A stretch of 64,000 nucleotides of DNA, from assembly GCA_040901705.1 (NCBI GenBank), contig JBBDYI010000290.1, positions 18,686 through 82,685 of the forward strand, written 5' to 3'. Under the pieces are notes generated by a model that did not search any database, had not been told where the DNA came from, and saw nothing but the letters and a program-made list of their open reading frames with translations. Below, one piece after another: positions 55,907 to 64,000 of this stretch. The position numbers and the translations under genes were made by a program. The DNA is from Pirellulales bacterium. GTDB lineage: Bacteria; Planctomycetota; Planctomycetia; Pirellulales; PLA5. Numbering within the stretch: position 1 is the first letter of the stretch; each line of letters begins with the position of its first letter.

Positions 55907-57193
55907 CTATCCGCTTTTGGCGACTTTCTTGGCGGTCGATTTTGTCGTGCCTTGTTCCAAGCAGCGGCCGATGCAGCGCACGGCCTGGCGGAGGCGGTTT
56001 TCGTTTTCCACCAGGGCCAGCCGCAGGTAGCCTTCGCCGGCGTCGCCGAAACCGGCGCCGGGGCTGACCGCGACGTTGCCTTCTTCCAGCAGCTTCGTGG
56101 CGAAGTCCAGCGAACTCATCTTGCTGGCCCACGGCTCCGGGATTTTCGCCCACACGAACATCGAGGCCCGCGGGGGCGTGAGATTCCAGCCCAGGCGGTT
56201 CAGCCCGTCGATGAGCACGTCGCGGCGGCCTTGGTAAATGTGGGCTTGCGATTCGACCTGTGCGTCGGTATGCCGCAGGGCAACGATGGCGGCGATCTGG
56301 ATCGGCGTGAACATACCGTAGTCGTAATAGCCTTTGATCGTGGCGAGTGCCCGCACCATTTCAGCGTTGCCGACGCAAAAGCCGACCCGCCAGCCGGCCA
56401 TGTTGTAGCCTTTGCTCATGGTCGTGAACTCGACGCCGACGTCCTTCGCGCCGGGCGCCGCCAGAAAGCTCGGCGTCTTGTAGCCGTCGAACGTTACGTC
56501 GGCGTAGGCCAGGTCGCTGATGACCATGAAGCCGTATTTCTTGGCGAGCTTGACCACGTCGACGTAAAACTCTGGCTCGATCGTGACCGTTGTCGGGTTG
56601 TGCGGGTAGTTGAGGATCACCAACTTCGGCTTTGGCCAGAGATGCTGGCACGTATATGCGATGTTCGACAGGTACCGCTCGCTGTCCATTACGTCGAGCG
56701 TCACGGCGTTGGCCGAGGCGAGGTACACGCCGTAAAGATGCGCGGGATACGACGGGGCGGGCACGATCGCCGTGTCCCCTGGGCCGAGCAGAGCCAGGCA
56801 CATGTGGCTGAAGCCTTCCTTCGAGCCGAGCGTGACGATCGTCTCGCGCTCGGGATCGAGCCGGACGCCCCACTGCTTGAGATACTTCGCGGCCACCTCG
56901 CGGCGGAGGCTCATCAAGCCGGGCGCGGGAGCGTAGCCGTGGTTCTTCGGATCGGCGGCGGCTTCGGAGAGCTTTTCGATCACCACGTCGGCCGGGGCGT
57001 CGGATGGGTTGCCCATGCCGAGGTCGATCACATCGACGCCGGCTCGGCGTTTTTCGTACTTGACCTGATTGATCCGGGCGAACAGATACGCCGGCAGCCG
57101 CTTGACCCGGTCGGACACGTTGATCTTGAACGGGCGCGCGGCCTCGTGCGGTTCGGCGCTGTCTTCGACGGGGCTGTCATGATCGTTGCTCAT
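55907..57193 (-). CDS. Class I/II (AlaA/AspC-like) PLP aminotransferase
   Basis: Start chosen at 57193 ([10 protein letters not shown]...). [31 protein letters not shown] and PLP-lysine block [13 protein letters not shown]. Confidence 0.9.
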   Translation of the reverse strand: MSNDHDSPVEDSAEPHEAARPFKINVSDRVKRLPAYLFARINQVKYEKRRAGVDVIDLGMGNPSDAPADVVIEKLSEAAADPKNHGYAPAPGLMSLRREVAAKYLKQWGVRLDPERETIVTLGSKEGFSHMCLALLGPGDTAIVPAPSYPAHLYGVYLASANAVTLDVMDSERYLSNIAYTCQHLWPKPKLVILNYPHNPTTVTIEPEFYVDVVKLAKKYGFMVISDLAYADVTFDGYKTPSFLAAPGAKDVGVEFTTMSKGYNMAGWRVGFCVGNAEMVRALATIKGYYDYGMFTPIQIAAIVALRHTDAQVESQAHIYQGRRDVLIDGLNRLGWNLTPPRASMFVWAKIPEPWASKMSSLDFATKLLEEGNVAVSPGAGFGDAGEGYLRLALVENENRLRQAVRCIGRCLEQGTTKSTAKKVAKSG

Positions 57194-57321
57194 GGAGGCT
57201 ATCGACACGGCGGCGCGGGGTGCAGGTTCGCTTCCTTCAAAGATACCACGCCGGGCAAGCGCAAGAAAAGGAGAGCACGGCCGAGTGGTGTCATCCGACC
57301 GTCCGAACGGTCGGTTCCGGT

Positions 57322-58929
57322 TCACCGACGACGGCGAAATCGCGCGAACCCCGCCGCCAGCAGCGCCGTCGCGGCGATCGCGGCGGAGGATGGCTCCGGC
57401 AATACCGCGTATCGGGCGATCAACTGGGCATTGAAGCTCAAATCGAGGTCCGTCGCCGAAAACTGATGCACTTCGACGGCCAAGACATTGCCGCTGGACC
57501 TCAGCAAGCTGACCTGAACCGCGACGTAAACGAAAAAGTCTTCCTCAGGGTCGTTCACGGCGGCCAGGCGATTGGCGAAATGATTGTACGCGGCGTCGGG
57601 CAACAAGCTCGCATCGCGGTAGATTTCGACGCCGTTGAGATAAACGGCCGCGCCGTCGTCGCGCTGCAAACCCAGCGTCAGTTCCTCGATGCGGTGTGGA
57701 TTCGACACGGAAAACTCGTGGCGAAAGTACTTCGTGGCGTCGTTGAGCGTGACGCACGTAAGGGACGGCCCGCAGCGGATCGTCGTCCGCTCGTCGACGT
57801 CGCCGTATCCCAATTCCGCTGGTCCGGCGGACCAGGTGCTATCGTCGAACGTTCTCTCCCGCCACGCGACGCCCTGATTCAGGCCGTCGTCGCGATACTT
57901 CCACACGGAGTTCACCTGAATGAGGGCGGCAATCTGCGGCGACGATTCGTAGCGGAAAAACTCGCGGCTCTCGCCGACCACGAACATCGTCTTGCGATCG
58001 GGCGTGAACGCGACGCCTTCGATCTGCGTGCCGGTTAGGTCGCGATATCCCAGCACTTCGCCGGCGAGCGTCACCTCGATGACCCGCCGTGATTCCTGGC
58101 TGAGGATAAATAAGTTCCGAGTCGTCGGATCGAAATGCACGTCGGCCACGTCGGTGCCGAGGCCCGTCAACGGCCACTGAGACGATCCGTGCGCCACCGA
58201 CGGATTGAACAGCACGCTGGCCAATCCGCTGCGCTCGACGGCGAATACGTTGATTCCGTAGTCGCCTGGCGTTTCGGCTGCCTTTTCCTTGACGACGTAA
58301 AATCGGTCGAGCAGCGGATCGTAGGCCAGGCCTTCCAGGCCGGTGTTGCCGCCGGTCGGATTGAGCGAGCCTTTGCTGGGATCGCTCGGATCGAGGTCGG
58401 GCCGAATCACGCTCGATAGCGGCAGCAACGCCTTGTTGATCGACGTCGTTGTCGGCCCAATCGTCAGCACATTGATGTGTGTTGTTTTCTCTTCCAAAAA
58501 GCCGAACTGATCGCCGCCCATCCAGACGATTCCTTCGGCGTCGTCGAATCCCGTCGTCGTAATCGTGCGGCGATAGAGACCGTTGAGATCGAACTCGTAG
58601 ATGTGCGATACTCCGTTATCGACCACGAACAGGCTATCGGTCAGCGGGCTGTACGTCACGCCGGAAAAGTTTCCGGTGGCGGGCGGATTGGCGATCGTCA
58701 TCCGCGGCCGGGAGTTGATCAAGTAGAACGGGTCCGCGAGCGTCGACCCGACGACCGTCGATTGTCCGGCGGCCGGCGAGACATGCACGGTCGAGACGGC
58801 GGCCAGCGCGAGCAGCATCAACGTCCCTCCGGCATCGCGAAGGGCGGCGCGGACGGAGGCGAGTTGTCGCCAGATTCCAATTCCGCATCGACTCGACAGG
58901 TGGTGCATCATTGCGTCCAACGTCTTCAT
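57322..58929 (-). CDS. PEP-CTERM protein with SdiA-regulated-like beta-propeller and a C-terminal beta-sandwich domain
   Basis: 535 aa. [30 protein letters not shown]...[10 protein letters not shown] (SdiA-regulated/PF06977-like). SVWKYRDDG...[11 protein letters not shown]...[15 protein letters not shown]...VLAVEVHQ domain. Sorting signal [26 protein letters not shown]. Confidence 0.8.
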   Translation of the reverse strand: MKTLDAMMHHLSSRCGIGIWRQLASVRAALRDAGGTLMLLALAAVSTVHVSPAAGQSTVVGSTLADPFYLINSRPRMTIANPPATGNFSGVTYSPLTDSLFVVDNGVSHIYEFDLNGLYRRTITTTGFDDAEGIVWMGGDQFGFLEEKTTHINVLTIGPTTTSINKALLPLSSVIRPDLDPSDPSKGSLNPTGGNTGLEGLAYDPLLDRFYVVKEKAAETPGDYGINVFAVERSGLASVLFNPSVAHGSSQWPLTGLGTDVADVHFDPTTRNLFILSQESRRVIEVTLAGEVLGYRDLTGTQIEGVAFTPDRKTMFVVGESREFFRYESSPQIAALIQVNSVWKYRDDGLNQGVAWRERTFDDSTWSAGPAELGYGDVDERTTIRCGPSLTCVTLNDATKYFRHEFSVSNPHRIEELTLGLQRDDGAAVYLNGVEIYRDASLLPDAAYNHFANRLAAVNDPEEDFFVYVAVQVSLLRSSGNVLAVEVHQFSATDLDLSFNAQLIARYAVLPEPSSAAIAATALLAAGFARFRRRR

Positions 58930-58941
58930 AGGGTGGAAAAA

Positions 58942-60234
58942 TCAAGCTGTGTCGCGACCGCTTACGGCTTCGCTCGTCAGGACGTTCTTGTTCAGGTGAA
59001 TTGCACGCTGTCCTCCACCCAAGGAAAGGCGTGGCCCGCGTCGGCGGCCGGCAAGAACAAGGGCCGCGGCCGAAAACGCGGCGGTGACGGCCAAGCCGAT
59101 TCCCGTCGGCTCCGGCACGGCGAGCATCGACATCGATATCTGCAAATCCAGCCCCAGGTCCGAACTGGTGTTGCCCTGGTTGTGCAGCGACACGGCGAGA
59201 AAATTCGTACCCGACCGCAGCGCCGCTGGGTCGAGCAGAATCGTGAACGTGCTCACTTCGGTGTTCACGCCGTTGATTTCGGTGCCAAGCGCTAGTGTGC
59301 GATAGGCGTCGGCGGCGGTTGCGGAGACGTTGTGCCGCGCGACGAGTTGCCCGTTGAGATAGATGAACGCCCCGTCGTCGGCGAGCAGGTCGATGCTGAG
59401 CGTCCTCACGAGCGCCGCGTTGTCGACCTCGAATGTCGTGGTGAAATAAGCCGAATAGCGGCTTCCCGACGCCGGCGTGCCGATGTCCGTGGCCAGCGCC
59501 TTGAGGTCGATCACTCCGTAGCCCAACGGCGATGGCCGCGGAACGGAAAACGCCGGACCGTTGTACGAACCATCGTCCTTGAACCACGTTGTATTGAAAT
59601 CCGCGTCCGTCGTGGCCGGATCGACGTTCGTCGTCGGATGCAAAAACCGCCACGAGCCGCCGAATGCCACTGGCGTGGAAAACGCCAACTCGCTAGGCGC
59701 CACGACATCGTTGAACGTTAGCGAATCGATGCCGTCGAAATCGCCGGACGGCGTGAACACGACGCGGTGAAACGGCTTTCCGGTGAGCCGCACGCGTGGT
59801 GCATTCATGCCGGTGACGAGCGCAACCTGCGTTCCGCTGATGTCGAAACCTTGCACGGTCCACGGGCCGAGATGGTCGCCGTCGGCGATCGAGAACGAAA
59901 CGTCGTCCGTCACCGCGAACGTGTTGTCCGTCGGCGAGATAAATCGCATCGTGATGTTTGCATCGGCGTTGCCGCCGACCGCGGTCTGGCTGCCGTAGAG
60001 CCAATCCGGCGCGGTGTTGGCGAACGTCGACGGCCCGAACACGAACAACCCCGCGCCGCTGGTGCCAAGCAGCAGTCCGTTGGCTCGGTAGCGGCCGGCA
60101 GCGACCGAGCGTACGCCACTGCCGCCGAGGTCGTCGAAGTTGATCTGCTGGGTCTGCGAGCGCGCAGTATCGCCCCACGCGCAAGCGCATAACGCAAACG
60201 AAACGAATGAAACCCACCGCCAGAACTCGTGCAT
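58942..60234 (-). CDS. PEP-CTERM protein with the same beta-sandwich domain and a 30-aa post-signal extension
   Basis: 430 aa. Signal peptide MHEFWRWVSFVSFALCACAWG. SWRFLHPTT...PLGYG...DDGAFIYLNGQLVAR...FLAVSLHNQ domain. VPEPTGIGLAVTAAFSAAALVLAGRRRG is followed by 30 more residues. Confidence 0.75.
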   Translation of the reverse strand: MHEFWRWVSFVSFALCACAWGDTARSQTQQINFDDLGGSGVRSVAAGRYRANGLLLGTSGAGLFVFGPSTFANTAPDWLYGSQTAVGGNADANITMRFISPTDNTFAVTDDVSFSIADGDHLGPWTVQGFDISGTQVALVTGMNAPRVRLTGKPFHRVVFTPSGDFDGIDSLTFNDVVAPSELAFSTPVAFGGSWRFLHPTTNVDPATTDADFNTTWFKDDGSYNGPAFSVPRPSPLGYGVIDLKALATDIGTPASGSRYSAYFTTTFEVDNAALVRTLSIDLLADDGAFIYLNGQLVARHNVSATAADAYRTLALGTEINGVNTEVSTFTILLDPAALRSGTNFLAVSLHNQGNTSSDLGLDLQISMSMLAVPEPTGIGLAVTAAFSAAALVLAGRRRGPRLSLGGGQRAIHLNKNVLTSEAVSGRDTA

Positions 60235-60727
60235 GTTTTGCCTCGTGACGAAACGACTACAATCCGTGTCAACTCACGCGATTGGTTTCATCACTGGCAA
60301 AAACGGCGGCTAAAGATAAAGGCCCGGCCCGCGCCCGAAACACTCGGACGAATTGCCACCTCATCGGGCGGCGGCGAGACCCTCACGCAATTCTAATAGT
60401 CTAAATCCGCGCGCTGCGGAAAGCAAGTCCCCCGTAGCACATAAGCCCGATCGGCCGATCAGTACCTGGGCGTTCCCGCTGCGATTTCGTCACCAATGGC
60501 GGGCTCGGATGACTTGCGGCCGGCTCCGCGGACCGCGCCGTTTTTGCGGCAAAGGCGTCGCGGACCGGGGTTTCGGCGTGGGTAAGTCGCTATAATTCCG
60601 AGCGAGGTTGGCGAAGCGACAACGACAATTGGTAGTTGCAGATCGGCCGCCGGGCTGGGCATGATGTTTCGGGCGGCGCGACCGTCTGTGTGCCTTGGAA
60701 GCAAAGCGTCCCTTGGGAACAACGACT

Positions 60728-61738
60728 ATGAATTCCGTCTGTACGCGCCGCGATGCTCTGGGCGCGGCCGCCGCTGTCGCGGTTGCGTCGGTGTTTGCGG
60801 ATGCCGCGAAATGCTTGGGGCGTGAGAAGCCGGCAAACGATTCGTCGGCGACCGATGCGCGGCCGGAATCGCAGACGGATGCACGGTCCGACGCTACCGA
60901 CGTGAAGTCCGGCTACATCGACGCCCACGTGCATGTCTGGACCGACGATACCGAGAAGTATCCGCTCGCCAAGGGCTTCGCGAAGGACGACATGAAGCCG
61001 GCAACGTTTACGCCGGAGGAACTGCTGGCCCATGCGCGGCCGCTCGGCGTGGGGCGGATCGTGCTGATACAGATGAGCTACTACGGCTTCGACAACCGCT
61101 ACATGCTCGACGCCATGCAGGCTCATCCCGGTGTTTTCTCCGGCGTGGCGGTGATCGACCCCGAGGATCGCCCGGCGGCGACGATGCGGGCATTACAGAA
61201 GCAGGGCGTGCGCGGGTTTCGTATCGTGTCGGACGGCAAAGACGCGGCGAAGTGGCTGGACGGCGAGGCGATGGCCGCGATGTGGCGGACGGGCGCGGAA
61301 GAAAAGCTGGCGATTTGCCATTTGATCAACCCCGACGCGCTGCCGAGCGTCGATCGGATGTGTGGGCGGTTTCCCGACACGCCGGTGGTGATCGATCACT
61401 TTGCCCGCGTTGGCATGAAGGGGAAGATCGAAGAAAAGAATCTTGCGAACCTGTGTCGGTTGGCGAGGCACAAGAACACGGCGGTGAAGATTTCGGCGTT
61501 CTACGCGCTGGGGAAGAAGAAGTCGCCCTACGATGACCTGGCGGCGATGACGCGGCGGCTTTTCGATGCCTTCGGGCCGAAGCGACTGATGTGGGCGACC
61601 GATTGTCCGTTTCAGGTGCAAGACGGTCACACGTATGCCGACTCGCTGGCGTTCGTGAAGGATCGGCTCGATTTTCTCTCGGCCGAAGATAAGACGTGGC
61701 TGCTGCGGAAAACGGCCGAACGGGTGTTCTTTTCGTGA
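60728..61738 (+). CDS. Amidohydrolase-2 family (TIM-barrel metal-dependent hydrolase), Tat-type signal
   Basis: Start chosen at 60728 (MNSVCTRRDALGAAAAVAVASVFA). GYIDAHVHVW metal-binding block and ...VVIDHFAR... are typical of PF04909. Confidence 0.78.
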   Translation: MNSVCTRRDALGAAAAVAVASVFADAAKCLGREKPANDSSATDARPESQTDARSDATDVKSGYIDAHVHVWTDDTEKYPLAKGFAKDDMKPATFTPEELLAHARPLGVGRIVLIQMSYYGFDNRYMLDAMQAHPGVFSGVAVIDPEDRPAATMRALQKQGVRGFRIVSDGKDAAKWLDGEAMAAMWRTGAEEKLAICHLINPDALPSVDRMCGRFPDTPVVIDHFARVGMKGKIEEKNLANLCRLARHKNTAVKISAFYALGKKKSPYDDLAAMTRRLFDAFGPKRLMWATDCPFQVQDGHTYADSLAFVKDRLDFLSAEDKTWLLRKTAERVFFS

Positions 61739-61764
61739 GTCGTTCGATTGACGCGGCGGAGCGA

Positions 61765-61858
61765 GAAATGAACCGCACAGGCGCAGAGACGCAGAGGATT
61801 CGGCACTCCACGCCACGTGCGGCGATCTTTGCGTCTCTGCGCCTGTGCGGTTCATTTC
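61765..61858. repeat. Long perfect inverted repeat (29-bp arms, extendable to 32) of REP-like type
   Basis: gaaatgaaccgcacaggcgcagagacgca (61765-61793) and tgcgtctctgcgcctgtgcggttcatttc (61830-61858), with a loop of about 36 nt. Begins 27 nt after the amidohydrolase stop. Confidence 0.85.
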
Positions 61859-63165
61859 CGAAGAATTGTATTGCGAAAGAAAAACGAATCGCGCGGTTTG
61901 CCGTCGGAGCGGCGCCGGTTGCCGTGGCTGTGGCAGCGTGGTTCTGGTGCAGTTGCGGATACGCGGACGGGCGGTTGCTGTTGGCAGACGGCACGACGGT
62001 CGAGGCGCGGCTGGCCGATGGCGCGGCGGATGGGAAGTTGGCGTTCGACGCCGCCGGCAAGCGAACGACGCCGGACACCAAGGAGATTGTCCGTTGGGGC
62101 GGTTTTGTCGCGACGGGACGAGCGACGATGGCGTTGCTCGATGGCGGCGATGTGGCCGTCTACTCGCGCGGCAAACTCGACGGCGATGCGCTGCAATTGA
62201 CATCGGAGGTTTGTGGCAGCGTTCGCGTGCCGATAGAAGCCGTCCGCGGACTCGTCGTGCAGCCGCCTGCGACGGCGGCCGACGGCGATCGGCTGATCGA
62301 CGAATTGGCGAAATGGACGCAAGACGCGCGGTCGCACGGCGCCGGCGGCATCGACCGAGTTACTTTGGACAACGGCGATGCCGTCGAAGGGAAGGTTACC
62401 GCGCTCGGTGACGCCGAGTTGACCGTCGAAACCGACGCCGGGGCGATCACTCTGGCCGTCGAGCGGGTCAGGGCGGTTGCTTTTGGCCGCCGCGGCAGGC
62501 ACGCGACGGCGCAAAGCGGTTTGCGGTTCGTCATCGGCGCGACCGACGGCAGCCGCATCACGGCGACAACGGCGTCGCTTTCGCAAGCAGGCTTGGAAGC
62601 CGCAACGACTTGGGGCGCGAAGTTGACCATCGCGCGACCGCACGTGGCGGCATTTCAAACGCTCGGCGGGCGAGCAACGTATCTCTCCGACCTGACCGCC
62701 AGCGGGTACAAGCACGTGCCGTATCTGGCAACGGCCTGGCCACTGGCCATCGATCGCAATGTGGCCGGCGGACCACTGCGTGCCGTTGGGGGCGAGCGTC
62801 TCAAGGGCCTCGGCATGCATAGCGCCGCCAGTGCGACGTACACACTCGACAAGCCGTATCGGCGCTTCGAGGCGGAACTCGCGATCGACGACAGCGTCTT
62901 CGACGATGCTGCCGGAGGCACTGCTGGAGAGGCGTCCGGCCGTCGATCGCCGCGCGGCAGCGTTGTGTTCCGCGTCTACACGGACGGCGGCGACGGCGTA
63001 TGGAAGCTCCGCCACACGAGCAAAACAATTCGCGGCGGCGACGAGCCAACGCCAATTGCCATCGACCTCGCCGGCGCAAAGCGGCTCAGCCTGATCGTCG
63101 ATTTCGCCGACCGCGCCGACGAGCACGACCGCGCCGATTGGCTCGACGCGCGGCTGGTGGAATAG
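61768..63165 (+). CDS. NPCBM/NEW2 domain protein (start uncertain)
   Basis: The C-terminal ~150 aa (ATYLSDL...LKGLGMHSAASATYTL...FEAELAIDD...VVFRVYTDG...LSLIVDFADRADEHDRADWLDARL) match NPCBM. There is an N-terminal TM/signal segment FAVGAAPVAVAVAAWFW. The only in-frame ATG upstream of it (61768) lies inside the left hairpin arm. Confidence 0.7.
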   Translation: MNRTGAETQRIRHSTPRAAIFASLRLCGSFPKNCIAKEKRIARFAVGAAPVAVAVAAWFWCSCGYADGRLLLADGTTVEARLADGAADGKLAFDAAGKRTTPDTKEIVRWGGFVATGRATMALLDGGDVAVYSRGKLDGDALQLTSEVCGSVRVPIEAVRGLVVQPPATAADGDRLIDELAKWTQDARSHGAGGIDRVTLDNGDAVEGKVTALGDAELTVETDAGAITLAVERVRAVAFGRRGRHATAQSGLRFVIGATDGSRITATTASLSQAGLEAATTWGAKLTIARPHVAAFQTLGGRATYLSDLTASGYKHVPYLATAWPLAIDRNVAGGPLRAVGGERLKGLGMHSAASATYTLDKPYRRFEAELAIDDSVFDDAAGGTAGEASGRRSPRGSVVFRVYTDGGDGVWKLRHTSKTIRGGDEPTPIAIDLAGAKRLSLIVDFADRADEHDRADWLDARLVE

Positions 63166-63169
63166 CTAG

Positions 63170-63763
63170 CGGCACTGCTACGAATTCAACAACGAATTCA
63201 ACCGGTGGCTGATCTGGACCGGCACCGACGACGCGATTTGGGATCGCTTGCGGCTGGTGCCGTTCTTGATTCGCATCCCGGAAGACGAACGCCGGCCGAC
63301 GGAGACCATGCTGGCGGAATTCGCGGCCGAACTGCCGGGCATTCTCAACTGGGCGATTCGCGGCTGCTTGGAATGGCAGCGCAGCGGTATGGGCGAGCCG
63401 CCGGAAGTGCGCATGGCCACGGCCGACTACCGCGACGACATGGACGTGCTGGGCGTATTCCTGTCGGATTGCTGCGTGCTGCGCCGCGACGCGCGGGTTT
63501 CGAGCCGCGACCTGTACGACGAATACAATCGGTGGGCCACGGACGCCGGCGAACGCCCGTTGACGCATCGCCGATTCTCACTGTGGATGGAGCATCGCGG
63601 CGCGCAAGCGAACTTCCGCAAGCAGCACACCCGCGAAAGCAAGGTGTGGCAGGGGCTGAGTTTGGCGTTTGCGATGGCGACGCAGCCACCCAGTGGGTGG
63701 GACACGGAGTGTGACGCTTCTGGTTTTCAAAGCGTCACAAGCGTCACCGAATCATCAATTTGA
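63170..63763 (+). pseudogene. 5'-truncated phage/plasmid primase-helicase (P4 / D5 family) C-terminal fragment
   Basis: The frame opens just after the NPCBM stop and reads ...WTGTDDAIWDRLRLVPFLIRIPEDERRPTETMLAEFAAELPGILNWAIRGCLEWQRSGMGEPPEVRMATADYRDDMDVLGVFLSDCC...LYDEYNRWATDAGERPL. This is the conserved tail of COG3378-type primases. The ATPase and primase parts are missing. Confidence 0.7.
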
Positions 63764-63902
63764 ACCCGACGTAATCCGTCACATCCGTCACGGCGGTCGG
63801 TCGGGCTCGGTTTTTTGACGGATGTGGCGCTTTGAAGCGGTAGCTGTCCATTCTCTGAAACCGGCGCTGCGTGATTTGGCCGTACTGGTTATCTAATGAG
63901 GC

Positions 63903-64000
63903 ATGGACGTTGAGCAATTCAGGGACGACATTCGTTGCGGGCGGATCGATGTGGATCGGCTGGTCGAACTGGTCGCGAGGCTCAACGAGCGGTTGCAGCG
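63903..64000 (+). CDS. Partial ORF at the right edge, unknown function (coiled-coil-like N-terminus)
   Basis: ATG at 63903: MDVEQFRDDIRCGRIDVDRLVELVARLNERLQ..., running off the window. Its context (next to the primase fragment) suggests mobile-element cargo, but there is no motif-level support. Confidence 0.3.
   Translation, partial: MDVEQFRDDIRCGRIDVDRLVELVARLNERLQ

Noticed and set aside
53647-57466. Long ORFs 53647..55197 (-) and 55820..57466 (+)
   Set aside because: They are antisense to the PLP decarboxylase and the aminotransferase respectively, both supported by PLP-lysine motifs. Their products are low-complexity.
60591-60596. Perfect TATAAT hexamer about 130 nt upstream of the amidohydrolase gene
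   Set aside because: No acceptable -35 element lies at 16-18 bp spacing, and a single hexamer is expected by chance. Not reported as a promoter.
1-64000. CRISPR arrays, rRNA genes, retron- or integron-type structures
   Set aside because: The repeats found are isolated hairpins or 2-3-unit tandems without regular repeat-spacer architecture. No cas, reverse-transcriptase or integrase genes, and no rRNA-like conserved stretches, were recognised.

Overview
High-GC bacterial chromosomal window. The gene content points to Planctomycetota, probably Pirellulales-like. This is an inference from PEP-CTERM cargo proteins, a giant lamin-tail/LamG/CotH/dockerin protein with an RR..LEPRLVL-type N-terminus, a BBP7-type outer-membrane barrel, a XylR-type regulator and an HDOD protein. 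Left to right: groEL 5' end (-); a FixJ-type regulator; the prkA/yeaH-like/spoVR-like trio plus a fourth ORF; a secreted GH-like protein; an IS4/IS701-type transposase scar; a soluble histidine kinase with an HTH-REC regulator (-); mutS (-); a Zn-ribbon membrane protein. Next comes a visibly lower-GC accessory island (about 16.85-21.5 kb). It carries two degenerate tRNA-like elements, an HTH-ImmA/IrrE protease + DUF4411 PIN-like nuclease operon, an RHH gene with palindromic operators, an IS1-family element and orphan small genes. After the island: EVE-domain protein, LptF/G-type permease, ICMT-like methyltransferase, ugd, HAD hydrolase, an LmbE-like deacetylase + GT4 pair, hemH, TVP38, pyc and a XylR-like regulator. 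Then a PEP-CTERM protein and a 2373-aa surface protein that share an uncharacterised module of about 180 aa. These are followed by MOSC, HtrA, a Tat-signal protein, HDOD, TPR, a BBP7 barrel, a PLP decarboxylase, an aminotransferase, two more PEP-CTERM proteins, an amidohydrolase and an NPCBM protein. At the right edge is a 5'-truncated P4/D5-type primase-helicase fragment, a second mobile-element scar. I saw no rRNA, no intact tRNA and no CRISPR array. Many long ORFs in the track are antisense high-GC artefacts. Most interesting: (1) the ImmA/DUF4411 module bracketed by tRNA-like remnants in the island; (2) the shared repeat module and its in-frame, register-shifted insertion inside a LamG domain; (3) several distinct long intergenic hairpin/REP-like elements, including one that fills the kinase-regulator intercistronic spacer and a CCAAT-heptamer palindrome inside the prkA cluster. 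Coordinates of non-coding elements were read by eye and may be off by 1-2 nt.
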